DNA of 64,000 nucleotides from Octopus vulgaris. Taxonomy: Eukaryota. The notes under the pieces were generated by a model, which was given only the letters and a program-made list of their open reading frames with translations, did no database searches and was not told the origin of the DNA. Positions within the stretch are counted from its first letter, which is position 1. The number at the start of each line of letters is the position of its first letter. A program made the position numbers and the translations under genes. This document shows, piece after piece, positions 38,523-51,689 of the stretch. The stretch covers positions 62,930,001 to 62,994,000 of the forward strand of contig OX597825.1 in the NCBI GenBank assembly GCA_951406725.2, read 5' to 3'.

Positions 38523-39829
38523 TAGGGACATTATAGTGAATTTGATAGACTTAAATTAGATGCTGTGAGTGGTTTATGAGAGTGTGTGTCCATATTAGCG
38601 CTAATCATCCCAAAAATTCTTCACATTTGCCTGTGGAAAATTTTCAGCAGCAGACTTTTCACTTCCGTTGTAATTTTTTAGATTTTGAAAAGATATTTTT
38701 TGCATCTAAATTTTTATTACTTTTACATTATATTTTTATCCTATTTACGCAATTTATTTTTATAACATTTGCATTATAGTTTTATTATATTTGCATTATA
38801 TTTTTTATTATATTTATATTATTTTATTCTAGGTCCATTAACAGTGTTTTTGTTTTAATGTCATGCTATACCAAAGAATATATCTATAGATTTTAGCCAA
38901 CACTGTGTGTAAACAGTTTGTTTATATAAAATATCTTCCTCTTCTTCTGTTCATGAAAATATTGTATATAAAAAAGACATGGTATTTACATCTCTCTATA
39001 AATACAGTAAATACAGTTTGGGCTAAAAAAAATAAGAATTATCTATAGATATATTCTGTACTACAGAATAGACGCAGTGTTTATTTTATGAAGAAAGAGA
39101 AAAAAACATTCTTCAAAGCATTCTTATAGAAATCTATTTAGACAATCAGTAACTTCTGAAACGTTTGAATGGGACAGCTTTAGGAATTACATGCTTTATT
39201 TATAGCAATAATTCACAAAATGTAAAATTTTATGAATGAATAACAGCAATAAATGATTTTCTTCAGGAAAAAGGAGGAGTCTTGGTACTTATTCCTGTGT
39301 ATTTTTGTTTACCAATCACAGAAATACAGCAGAGAAATAGAAATAAATGGAAGCATTTTAGGAAATGTTTAAACAATTATTAATATCGATAGTTTGAAAA
39401 AGGCAATTGAAAAATAATGATTTATAAATAGTATACTACTTTATAAGATAAAACGAAATTATTTTAATGTCAGTGTTTTTAAACTGGACTATAGAAAAAC
39501 ATCATTTATAAATAATATTGTGACAACACAAAAAAATCAAGATGTATGAGCATCAACAAAAACACAATAAACATTTTTATTTTCTGTGAGAGGCTTTCAG
39601 TTTTACCATCAATACCAGTAATATATTTGGTGATTCTGGGAGCTCAGTGTACAGTACTGATCTCATCAACAGAACTGCTCCTGTAATTAGATATAACACT
39701 CTTCATTATGAAAACACCACGTCACATGTGGATGTTGATGGAAGTACTATTAACCCTATTGTACCATGTTCCCAATATACCAGGAGCAGCATAAACATAT
39801 TCTCTACCAATAACTCACTAACAATAACT

Positions 39830-40233
39830 CTGAGCACCTTTTCAAACTCCACCTGTCTAACACCCGTGGACATGTTTACAAAGTCAGAAAACAGCACAGA
39901 TCCCATGACTTTCGGAAACACTTTTTCATGCTAAGAGTTGCTGAAGCATGGAAGAAACTGCCGGCTTCAGTTGTTAGTTGTAGGAGCACTGCATCCTTCA
40001 AAACTTCCATGCTTCCTGAGATTCACTAACACTTCACCTGATTTTCTCCCCTCCATACACACACAAGCATGTATCTGACTCATACACTGTTCACTTCCCA
40101 GACATTTGTACATTACTGCATATGCTTTATACCCACTTTTGACAAGTTGTGGTGCACCTGAGCACTGTATACAATAATTTCAATATTATCATCATCATCA
40201 TCATTATTATTATTATTATTATTAATATTATTA

Positions 40234-40267
<34 letters not shown>

Positions 40268-40290
40268 CATTATTATTATTATTATTATTA
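39830..40290 (+). mobile_element. CR1-clade LINE 3' end with (ATT)n tail
   Basis: TRGHVYKVRKQH..HDFRKHFFMLRVAEAW.KLPASVVS.....SFK, the CR1 C-terminal pattern RGH...FF..RV...WN.LP..VV......FK. Confidence 0.85.
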
Positions 40291-40305
40291 CCATTAAAGT
40301 GATAA

Positions 40306-40538
40306 TTTGTTTCTTTACTACCCACAAGGGGCTAAACGTAGAGGGGACAAACAAGGACAGACAAACTGATTAAGTGGATTACATAAACCCCAGTGCGTAA
40401 CTGGTACTTAATTTATCGACCCCGAAAGGATGAAAGGCAAAGTTGACCTCGGCGGAATTTGAACTCAGAACGTAACGGCAGACGAAATACGGCTACGCAT
40501 TTCGCCCGGTGTGCTAACGATTCTGCCAGCTCGCCGCC
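40306..40538 (-). mobile_element. MetaSINE-type SINE (family C), full length
   Basis: Minus strand GGCGGCGAGCTGGCAGAATCGTTAGCAC...GAGTTCAAATTCC (B box)...Meta-like core. Confidence 0.9.
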
Positions 40539-40691
40539 ATCAAAGTGATAATAAACAACACACACAAGAAATCAAGATAAAATACTAAAAAAAAGACAAC
40601 TGATCACACTACAGCTTTGTAGCCACATCTGTTTATGACTCATTGTAAATGATGTTCCCCATAACTGTTGTTTAGTATTGCATTTAATTTT

Positions 40692-40875
40692 AGGCATAGG
40701 AGTGGCTGTGTGATAAGTAGCTTGCTTACCAACCACATGGTTCCAGGTTCAGTCCCACTGCATGGCACCTTAGGCAAGTGTCTTCTACTATAGCCTTGGG
40801 CCGACCAAAGCCTTGTGAGTTGATTTGGTAGATGGGAACTGAAAGATGCCCGTCGTATATATGTATATATATATG

Positions 40876-40914
<39 letters not shown>

Positions 40915-41139
40915 ATTTGTGTGTATATGTTTGTGTGTCTGTATTTGTCCTCCCAACATCAGTTGACAACTGATGCTGGTGTGTTTACATCCCTGAAACT
41001 TAGCGGTTCAGCAAAAGACACCGATAGAATAAGTACTAGGCTTATAAAGATTAAGTCCCGGGGTCGATTTGCTCAACTAAAGGCAGTGCTCCAGCATGGC
41101 CACAGTCAAAAGACTGAAACAAGTAAAAGAGTAAAAGAA
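40692..41139 (+). mobile_element. SINE family A, full length
   Basis: Near-consensus copy. Confidence 0.92.
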
Positions 41140-41519
41140 TCTATTTTGGCAATGAAACAATCATGTGATAAACCCTGCACTTCGTCTTGTAATTTGAGCA
41201 AAGCCTAGACATTTTGCCTTTGAAGAAATTATTAATGATATTTATTCTTCAGATAAAGGGTTTACCTTTATGGTGAGAGTAATGAGGAAAATAGCAATTC
41301 AATTGAACAATTATGGTAAATCATTTAAACATTTCTGCAAAAAACAAGACATGAGCATTCATAAGACAATAAACATTTCAGTTTTGTCATCAATATCAGA
41401 AATGCATAAATTTTCTGAGTTTCTTCGGGTTTTTATGGATCCTATGCATCTTCTGTGCAGTGCTATGTAAAAGCGTTTGTGCAGTGCCACATAAATGCAT
41501 CCATAGAGTACCACATAAG

Positions 41520-41825
41520 AGCACATGGCCTAGTGGTTAGAGCAGCAAACTCGCAGTCGAGGGATCGTGGGTTCGAATCTCAGACTGGATGATGTGTATG
41601 TTTATGAGCAAAAACACCTAAGCTCCACGTGGCTCCGACAGAAGGTAATGGCGAACTTCTGCTGACTCTTTCGCCACAACTTTCTCTCATTCTTTCCTCC
41701 TGCATCTTGCAGCTCACCTGTGATGGACCAGCATCCCATCCAGTTGGGGAACCTACACACCAAGGAAACTGGGAAACCGGCCCTTATGAGCCAGGCATGG
41801 CTCGAGAAGGAACAGACAAACAACA
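41520..41825 (+). mobile_element. tRNA-derived SINE (family D)
   Basis: TGGCCTAGTGGTTAGAGC A box and GGTTCGAATC B box, followed by a non-tRNA body; no acceptor stem. Confidence 0.8.
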
Positions 41826-43761
41826 TAAGAGCGCCCAGTACACTCTCTAAAGTGGTTGGTGTTAGGAAGAGAATCCAGTCGTAGAAACCTTGCCAAATCA
41901 GATTGAGGTCTGGTACAGCTCTCAGCATGCCAGCTTTGGTCAAACTGTCCAACCCATGCCAGCATGGACATCAGATGTTAAAAGATGATGCAGAAGATGA
42001 TGTTGCTTAAAGTTACATTGTCAGCAAACTTAATGAATTTTACGGATTCTCCAAATGACTTGTGTAGAAATTTCGAAGGAAATTATTCATAGTTGATTAA
42101 ATGATGCTTGCTAAATGCTTTAAGATACTCTGAATGTCTAATTTATCATGAGGACCAGCTAGGTGTCCTTAAGGTTTTGGAAACATTTGAATGTTCCACA
42201 GTTGGCATCCCATCAAAATCCTTTCCAGCTTGATTTCAAAAGCTTTTGTCTAATAAAGCATAACATCAAATGTACTTTCAGATCTTTATAAACTGCTACT
42301 AAAATCCCTTAAATGCAAACAGAAATCTCTAAAAAATAATAATTTACAAATCTTCACAACAGATAATTCTTCATAAAAAATGTATCTCATAAAACAGACT
42401 AATTTCATTCAAGCCATCAACAAATTAAGGACAGAATCTCAACTAAACCAACGATAACAGGTTTGCTTTCATCTTTATGATATGCTTATTATCATTTCAA
42501 TATTCTATATTTCACTGAAATTTCTACTCACTAATACATGCCTTATGCACTGCATATTTTGTCCTTTCCTATAAAGCAAAATAATATATTCTAGAACCGT
42601 TTTTTTTTTTTTTTAATATACTCTCTATCACTGAGTGAGCTTTTTCCATGTTGAGAAATAAATTTACATATTCTAAAATGAGGAATCATCTGGAACAAAC
42701 GGTATGATAATTGACGGCATTGTTATGTTGCTGATTTCATAAGAACTGCATTCTGTTTTTTCGTTTGGCCTAATTTTATTGCCAAATCATTTGTTTTATG
42801 GGGGAGACCAACATACCTGTATTTCAGTTCATGAACTACAGAAAGCTTTAACACCTGCCCAAATTTTCATGTCACGATACTTGATAAACTTGATTTCTTC
42901 CTTTCATCTGGTGTTTTAGGTGATTTGCTGGTTAAACTGACATTCCGATGAAGCTGGAATGGTAAACTGAACTTCAAAATAGCTTGCTGCCCTATTCCTC
43001 CTCCTCCTCCTCCCCTCCTCCTCCTCCTCCTCCGACTACTACTACTACTACTACTCTCATCCACATCCCACTCCCCTCCTGTTCCTTTTCCTCCTCCTTC
43101 TCCTGCTCCCATCCTTCTTTCCCTTCTTTTTCTCCTGCTCTCATCCTTCTTTCCCTCCTCCTCTCCGCCTTCTTTCCCTCCTCTTCTCATCCTTATCCTC
43201 CTCCCCATCTTTATCTTCCCATTCTTATCTTTCTCCCATTCTAATCCTCTTCCTCCAATAATTATCCTCCTCCTCCCATTCCTATCCTCTTCCTCTCATC
43301 ATTCTCCTCTTCCTCCTACTTCCTCTCCTCATCCCAGTCCTTGTCTTTGTTGTCATTATCAACATCACCACCATCATCACCACCACCACCACCACCACCA
43401 CCACCACCACCATCATCATCAACATCATCCACTTTTCTATGTTTCCATGGATTATACAAAAATCATTGAAGCAAGTTTTTCTGTAACCTGATGTCCTCCT
43501 TGAAACCAACCCTCAATTGTTTCCTGGCAAGGTAATATTTCCCCTTGGTCAGATATGTTTACACAGAAATCTGAAAATGAAGGATTCTGCATATATGAAG
43601 CAGGTGTTTGTTTATAACTATTTCACAATATCAAGAAGAAGACAAAGAAGAAGAGGAGGCGGGTGGCAAGCAATTTTAAAAGACATGGGGGACACAAACA
43701 CATTCATATATACACACATATTCACAGACACAAACGTATATATATATATATATATATATAT

Positions 43762-43995
43762 AGGGTGGCGAATACTCGTTATAAATATCACCAATAGTGG
43801 CCTAGCATGTATAAAAAGTCAATAGACAACATATTCGTATTTCAAAAAAGAAAATTACCCATTAACAGGCAATTTTTACATGCTAGAAATAGCAGCCAAC
43901 ACGGCCAAAAACCACAATTTTATAGCAAATTTCGAAGTACATGAAAAATAAAAACCTTTACCTTGTCAAAGGGTAATTTTCTATTTTGAAATACG
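43762..43995. mobile_element. Short element between (TA)n tracts with about 32-bp asymmetric inverted repeat
   Basis: CGTATTTCAAAAAAGAAAATTACCC (from 43836) is inverted to GGGTAATTTTCTATTTTGAAATACG (to 43995). Confidence 0.6.
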
Positions 43996-44027
<32 letters not shown>

Positions 44028-44111
44028 TTCGAGACAAAACCACTATTTTGCAAAACAAACAATGAAAGACTTAATCAATACATAAAAATTTTAATATAAA
44101 GAAATAAACCG

Positions 44112-44154
44112 CCACTACAATCGTTTCATGTCTTCAATGACATTCGTCAGGTGG
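44112..44154 (-). ncRNA. Minimal hammerhead ribozyme (inverted copy of 46176-46218)
   Basis: Exact reverse complement of the + copy. Confidence 0.85.
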
Positions 44155-46175
44155 ATTTTCGATCTAAAATATCAATATATTAAAATATAAGTTTAAAATA
44201 ATAAAATTATCAATGAAAAATATAAATATATATAATCTATATATAATCAATATATAATCTAAAATAAACCCTATAAACAATTGAATATAAAGAAACCTAT
44301 TATTAAAGTTCTCATATTTAAAGATGTACAAAAAACAAAAAACAAAAAAACAAAAACAAAAAACAAAAACAAAACAACAAACAACAAACAAAAAACAAAA
44401 AGCAAAAAACAAAAAACAAAAACAAAAACAAAATAAAAATAAACTATATATACACACATGCTCATACACATATAACTAAGTATATATAACCATATCTAAA
44501 TACATACACTAACTCACAAAATGAATATTTTGATGTATATATCGAGGTTTGTACGTATGTATATGTATGTGTGAGTGGAGTGGGTATATGTATATGTAGT
44601 GGGTGTGTGTTTTACGTGTGTGTATTTGTGTGTGAATGTATAGATAGGGGGATTGCTTTATAGGTATGTTATAGTGTTTAGTATAGGGAGATTTTATCGT
44701 TATATGTATATATGAGTTTTCGTTTATCATGGTAGTTTTATTAAAGAATTTGTAGAAATTTCTGTCTGTTTAAGTGTTTAACATATTATTCCATTTATTC
44801 CATTCATAATTTTAAATAACGTTCGTTCTCCACGCGCAAAGAATTTTATAATTCCATTCTGTTCCATTCATAATTTTAAATGACGTTCGTTCACCGAGCT
44901 AAGAATTTTTATAAATATGTTCGGTTTCTATGGTAACGTAATTTTGTTTAAAGTTATAACGGCTAGAGTTTGAATTCACTTCATAAATTAAAACAGATTA
45001 GGAGGTATGTATTTTTTTCTCCTTATGTTAATCTTGTTACTTATGATAATCTGGTTACTTATGGAGTATTTTATATATCGTATTATGTGTAGATATATTG
45101 TTTCTCTTTTGAGTGTTTATGTATGTGTGAATGTGTGTGTGTGTGCGTATTTGGTTGTGTAATTTATTTATCTATATGGGTGTGGGTGTGAATATATTGT
45201 TGTATATATCGAGTTTAGTACGTATGTATATGTATATGTGAGGGGGTATATGTATATGTTATAGGTGTGTGTTTTACGTATGTGTATTTTTGTGTGTGAA
45301 TGTATTATGGGGATTGCTATATAGGTATTATTGTGTATGATAAAGGGTGTTTTATCATTATATGTATATATGCGTTTCATTATCATGATTGGTTTATTAA
45401 TGGTTTTGGAGTAAATTCTGTATATTTACGTTGATTAAATATTATTCCATTCTTTCCATTCATAATTTTTAAAAAAACGTTCGATCACCACGCGCAAAGA
45501 ATTGTTTATTTTTCTTTTGAGTGTTTATGTATGTATGAATGTGTGTGTGTGTGTGTGTGTGTGATTGTTTGCGTAATTTATTTATCTGTATGGGTGTGGG
45601 TGTGAATATATTGGTGTATATATCGAGTTCTGTATGTATGTATGTGTATGTGTGAGCGGGTATATGTATATTGTTTATGACTGTGGGTTGTATGTGTGTG
45701 TGAGGGAGTATGAATAAGTAATGTGTTGAAGTAGTTGGCTATTTTATTAATTTATTAATTTATCGTTGCCTAGACGTTTTTATGTAAATGTATAGAGATA
45801 TATATTTGGTGTGTGAGTTAGTGTATGTATTTAGATATGGTTATATATACTTAGTTATATGTGTATGAGCATGTGTGTATATATAGTCTATTTTTATTTT
45901 GTTTTTGTTTTTGTTTTTTGTTTTTTGCTTTTTGTTTTTTGTTTGTTGCTTGTTGTTTGTTGTTTTGTTTTTTGTTTTTTGTACATCTTTAAATATGAGA
46001 ACTTTAATAATAGGTTTCTTTATATTCAATTGTTTATAGGGTTTATTTTAGATTATATATTGATTATATATAGATTATATATAGATTATATATAGATTAT
46101 ATATATTTATATTTTTCATTGATAATTTTATTATTTTAAACTTATTTTAATATATTGATATTTTAGATCGAAAAT

Positions 46176-46218
46176 CCACCTGACGAATGTCATTGAAGAC
46201 ATGAAACGATTGTAGTGG
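46176..46218 (+). ncRNA. Minimal hammerhead ribozyme, canonical core, GUA site
   Basis: CCAC-CTGACGA-ATGTC attgaa GACAT-GAAA-C gatt G-TA-GTGG. Confidence 0.88.
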
Positions 46219-46397
46219 CGGTTTATTTCTTTATATTAGAATTTTTATGTATTGATTAAATCTTTCATTGTTTGTTTTGCAAAATAGTGGTTTTGTCTCG
46301 AATTAATATTATATAATATTTTACTATAAAATTGGATTTAATCCTAAATCTGATTTTTTCCCTGTAAATTTGGATTTATTCCCTAATATTTATATAT

Positions 46398-46512
<115 letters not shown>

Positions 46513-46594
46513 TATGGATAAGTGTGTGTACATATGTATATGCGTGTGTGTATCTGTATATACATTTGTGCATACATACATAAACCTACACATG

Positions 46595-46815
46595 AACGAT
46601 TGAGAAATCTAAAGCTATTCTATCCAGATTACAAGTTCAGGTTTATACTGGTAATTATTGGGATACTGGGACATATAACACATTGTCTAAATACTAATCT
46701 TGAGAAATTAGGCTCCTCAAAATCAGAAAGGAGAAAGCTGATTCGAAGATTACAGATCCAATCCATCACTGGAACTGTAAAAATTGGTAAAACTCTCCAG
46801 ACATTTATCATTCAA
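46595..46815 (+). pseudogene. C-terminus of the restriction-like endonuclease region of an R4/Dong-like LINE
   Basis: [24 protein letters not shown]...LEKLG...LIRRLQ...ITGTVKI, matching IP(V/I)IIGALG...L..LG...LQ....GT..I. Confidence 0.7.
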
Positions 46816-47164
46816 GTATATATGTGCATGTGTAGACATCCAACAATATGCATGGGAATACATGTATAAAACAAAACATACAAGTCAAGTCTGCACATGT
46901 ACATACATACATACATACATACATACATACATACATACATACATACATACATACATACATACATACATACATAAATACATACATACATACATAGACACAA
47001 ACATACATATATATATATATATACATGTATGTATGTTGATGTTGAAATTCTAGTGAAGGTACCTTGGATCTAGGTTTGAAATAAAACTGAATAATGACAT
47101 ACATAAACACATACATGCATACATCCATGTATGCGTGTGTGTGTGTGTGTGTGTGTAGACAAAT

Positions 47165-47360
47165 CTCCATGATAGATCCCTAGCCACTACACATTCTTTA
47201 TTTTCTCTCCTTGTTTCTTTCTGTGTTTCTTTCTGTAGAAGAGCATAGGCTCGAAACGTTAAAGACTTTTTCACTTCCTGAGTGTTAAACTAATACATCT
47301 GTTTGTTGTCTACACCACCTGTCTTCGTCTTTCGATTTTTTTTTTGTGAATTCTCCCTTT
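47165..47360 (+). mobile_element. About 200-bp HHR-like short element (copy 2 of 4)
   Basis: Core at 47228-47265 TCTTT-CTGTAGA-A-GAGC atag GCTC-GAAA-CG-TT-AAAGA. Confidence 0.85.
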
Positions 47361-47365
47361 ACACA

Positions 47366-47404
<39 letters not shown>

Positions 47405-47407
<3 letters not shown>

Positions 47408-48035
47408 CAAATAAGAAAATGGTGAAACAAATTTAGTTTTTTCATCAACTTTCAAATATTATAATGTTGGATTATTTATTCATTTAACAAAATGAGAACA
47501 TCAATAGCATATAGATATATCCTATAATTCAATACATATAAGATATAAGATAACAAATACAAAGTACTCTATTTTATATGCCTACAACCTTAGTATGTTG
47601 ACAACTATAGGCAATGAAAATAAAATTATCTACTTTTAGCCATAGGCTGAAACAGCTGTAAGAAGTGATTATAATGATTTCATTAATTTATATTATGACT
47701 TTTATAATTTGTATTTCTTATCTTATATGTATTGAGTTACAGGATATATTTATATGCTATTGATGTTCTCATTTTGTTAAATGAATAAATAATCCAACAT
47801 TATAATATCCGAAAGTTGATGAAAACACTAAATTTGTTTCTCCATTTTCTTATTTGTATTATAAATTTACGGTAAAAATATTTCTTTATCTTCACCTGTT
47901 TAATACAATAAATGAGTTAATTGCATTGCAATTAAAAACATTTATGTATTAAGAATCTGGGTTCTGTACCAACAGTATATTGGATAAATGCTACCCCATA
48001 GTGGGTTACACCCATAACCCCTATCTTACTTTGTA
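47405..48035 (+). mobile_element. PLE-derived fragment with about 145-bp inverted repeat and 3' tail
   Basis: 47405-47550 is inverted to 47716-47859; the spacer retains a HHR 3' half GAAA-CAGCTG-TA (47649-47660). Confidence 0.75.
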
Positions 48036-48036
48036 C

Positions 48037-48070
<34 letters not shown>

Positions 48071-48090
48071 TATACATATATGATATATAA

Positions 48091-48321
48091 GGTGGCGAGC
48101 TGGCAGAGACGTTAGCACGCCGGGCGAAATGTGTAGCCGTAGTTCGTCTGCCGTTACGTTCTGAGTTCAAATTCTGCCGAGGTCGACTTTGCCTTTCATC
48201 CTTTCGGGGTCGATAAATTAAGTACCAGTTACGCACTGGAGTCGATGCAATCGACTTAATCCCTTTGTCTGTCCTTGTTTGTCCCCTCTATGTTTAGCCC
48301 CTTGTGGGTAATAAAGAAATA
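48091..48321 (+). mobile_element. MetaSINE-type SINE (family C), full length
   Basis: Near-consensus copy. Confidence 0.92.
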
Positions 48322-49179
48322 TATACATGTATGCATGTATTTATATATATAGTCTTTAGTCTTCTTTCAGTTTCCATGTACCAAATCCATTCATAAAGCA
48401 TTGGTAAGCCTGGAACTACAGTAAAATATACTCATCCAATGTGCTTCACAGTTGATTCGAACTCAAAACCATGTACGTAGCAGGAAAGCAGACGTAATAA
48501 ACAACATCATCCTTACAATACAATGAACTAATTTATAATAACAGTAAAAGCTCATTTATGTACATTTAAAATAACTATTTAAAACAGCTAATTAATATGT
48601 CAACCATGTAAAGCACTCCTTAAACATCAACAGTTCTCATTTGCATAAATTTTAAAAGTAGCAGGTTTAGGTTAAGTCCAGACACTATAGTGATACAGTA
48701 AACAATGTATTAGAATCTCAACTATAATTAAGGTGAATATATTGTTAAAAAAAACTCCATAATTTAAAACAACAAAGTTCATTAAAACTTTTATATTATT
48801 ATAATTCATTGTGTAACAAACTGACTTCACAACAGCTGAAGCTGTTTACAACACTAATCAGAAATAAAACACAGGAAGAAAATTTTAATTGTATTGGAAA
48901 ATAATGTCAACATTTGTATGTGATGGCTATAGTCCTGGCTTCGTACAACTGTAAATAGTAATTAGAAAAATTCATGGTGATTAATAAATTTAGACAAAAG
49001 GAAATTAAAAACAAAATGGCATGAGGAAACACTCCTACACAAGAGAAGAAAGAAACAAATAGCGAAACGAATAAGAAGAAGTTACAGAGAAAGTGTGATA
49101 GTAATAAAGAGTGAGAAGAGAATGGTAGAAAGATTACTAGGCAAGAGTAAATGAGCATAAAGTGAAAACAGGAGAGAGC

Positions 49180-49228
<49 letters not shown>

Positions 49229-49474
49229 TATAAATATATATATTGCATAGTATTGGATGAATGAGTAAGAAGTGCTCAATACTTAGCATAGAGGATGTGT
49301 GGATTTTTTAAAATTAAAACTGAAGATCTTTGCCTGAAGGTCACACTGGCATGAAATTTCAGATTGGAGTTGTGGGACAAACTTGCAGTGTTAGTTTAAT
49401 GCCATAATACAATCACACACACACACACACACACATACCACACAAAACATCATTATCAGCATCATCATCATCAT

Positions 49475-49645
49475 TATGCTTCACTGGCAAAGGCCACAGT
49501 TATGGTTTCACTTGCCTTTTCGGGTTTTCTCAAGCACAGCATATTTCCAAAGGTCTCAATCACTTGTCATCGACTCGGTGAGGCCCAACTTTCGAAGGTC
49601 ATGCTTCTCCAACTCATCCCAGGTCTTCCTGGGTCTACCTTTTCT
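49475..49645 (-). mobile_element. RTE/BovB-type LINE ORF end
   Basis: KGRPRKTWDE..KHDLRKLGLTE.MTSD*DLWKYAVLEKTR. Confidence 0.85.
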
Positions 49646-49861
49646 AAATGTATATATACATATATATATATCTATATATATGTGTGTGCGTGTGTGTGTA
49701 TGATGATGATGATAAAAGTAAGCATTTAGAGATAAGAAAATGATAACATGGTTAAGATCAATAATCTCAATACTCATGGAGTATTTCTTTTTTCCCTAAA
49801 GGATCTATATTACCCTCTATCTCTCATGACTAACAACTGGCATCATTCTACATTGGAATCG

Positions 49862-50297
49862 AGGTGACAAGCTGGCAGAAACGTTAGCACGCTGGGCGAA
49901 CTACGTAGCGGTATTTCGTCTGTCTTTACGCTCTGAGTTCAAATTCTACCGAGGTCAACTTTGCCTTTCATCCTTTCGGAGTCGATAAATTAAGTACCAG
50001 TTATGGACTGGGGTCGATGTAATCGACTTAACCCGTTTGTCTGTCCTTGTTTGTCCCCTTTATGTTTAGCCCCTTGTGGGCAATAAAGAAATAAGAAACA
50101 TTAGCATGCCAGGTGAAATGCTTAGCGGTATTTCATCTGTCTTTACGTTCTGAGTTCAAATTCCACTGAGGTCGACTTTGCTTTTCATTCTTTCGAGGTC
50201 GATAAATGAAGTACAAGTTGCATACTGGGGTCGATCTAATAGGCTGTCCTCCTCCCCACAAATTTCAGGCCTTGTGCCTAGAGTAGAAAAGATTCTA
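49862..50297 (+). mobile_element. Tandem dimer of family C SINE
   Basis: Two head-to-tail Meta-core units. Confidence 0.85.
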
Positions 50298-50667
50298 CAC
50301 TGAGATCAGTCTCTATTTACAGTTAATTTATTACTGTCTACTTTCCATGTGCATTTTTGAAACATCTAGAAAAAAAAAATCTTAGTAGGTATCCTTACCC
50401 ATTCGTATTCATATTCTTCCATATACCTAGCTACAGGGTTGCATATATCGTTTTATATATATATACACACACACACCTGTTTATATATATACACAATTAT
50501 ATGCTTCTTACTAATGTTCTTGCTATTTTTACTGTTTATATCAATATTAAAATATGTTGGGTTGAAACTCTACTCCACATACAAAGTAGTGTGTATATTT
50601 TTTTTTATACACACATGTGTGTATATATAAAAACACACATATATCTTCATCAATATGTGCACACACA

Positions 50668-50712
<45 letters not shown>

Positions 50713-50861
50713 GAGCAAAACAACCCCCAACCCAATAGACGGTGCTGAGTTGTCAAACATTATTTAAACCAAATTTTCTCGGAACAACTTCTCTGACCAT
50801 TCCATAGGCCTCCCCTTTGAGAAACACTGATTCAACCTAAATTTGAGACACCAGCAAAAGA

Positions 50862-51074
50862 CGGATTTTGACTGATGTGCTTGCATGTGCAAATGCACAT
50901 TCCATCGGCTTTATCGATCGCATTCTCACCTGGAATAGATTTTTGTAATTTTTTCAAGATTTATATACGCCCTGATACTATCGGTATCTACATATCAAAT
51001 TTGAGCGCAATCGGATGGAGGATGCTCGAGATCCTAGAAGACACACACAGACAGAACAGATTTTATATAATAGA
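50862..51074 (-). mobile_element. Helitron-like 5' end fragment
   Basis: Reverse complement A|TCTATTATATAAAATCTGTTCTGTCTGTG...CCGATTGCGCTCAAATTTG, paralleling the start of 10458. Confidence 0.55.
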
Positions 51075-51304
51075 TATATACTTCTTACATACATTTTAAT
51101 TTTGATAGAGCCAAGAAAGAAATATTATAATAAAGTAAAATGAAATATATATAAACATGTAGGAGTAGGCATGGCTGTGTGGTAAGAAGGTTGCTTTCCA
51201 ACCACATTGTTCCAGGTTCAGTTCCATTGTATGGCATTTTTAGCAAGTGTCTTCTACTATAGTTTTCAGCCGATTTGGAAGATGGAAACTGAAAGCAGCT
51301 CATC

Positions 51305-51377
<73 letters not shown>

Positions 51378-51689
51378 GATAAGAAAGTTTGTTTGGTAAA
51401 GCACGTGGGTGAATATATAAGAAAATAGTAAAGAGTGAATTATAAATGAAACCATTAAAAAATCACCAAAGACATACATACACACACCCAACCCGGGGGA
51501 CCTAAAACTACGACCCATTGTAGCTGGCCCAACCTGTGAAACACACAGACTAAGTCTGCTTATGGACATCCTCCTGAAACCCTTCCTTAAACATATCGAT
51601 AGCCATATCAGAGATGACTTAGATATGTTAAACCACCTCCCAAAAAAGCCAAGGAAGAAACAATCCTGGTTTCATTTGATGTAGTCAAC

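Noticed and set aside
41520-41595. tRNA gene
   Set aside because: A/B boxes are present but there is no acceptor stem; it continues into a SINE body. The same applies to the other SINE heads.
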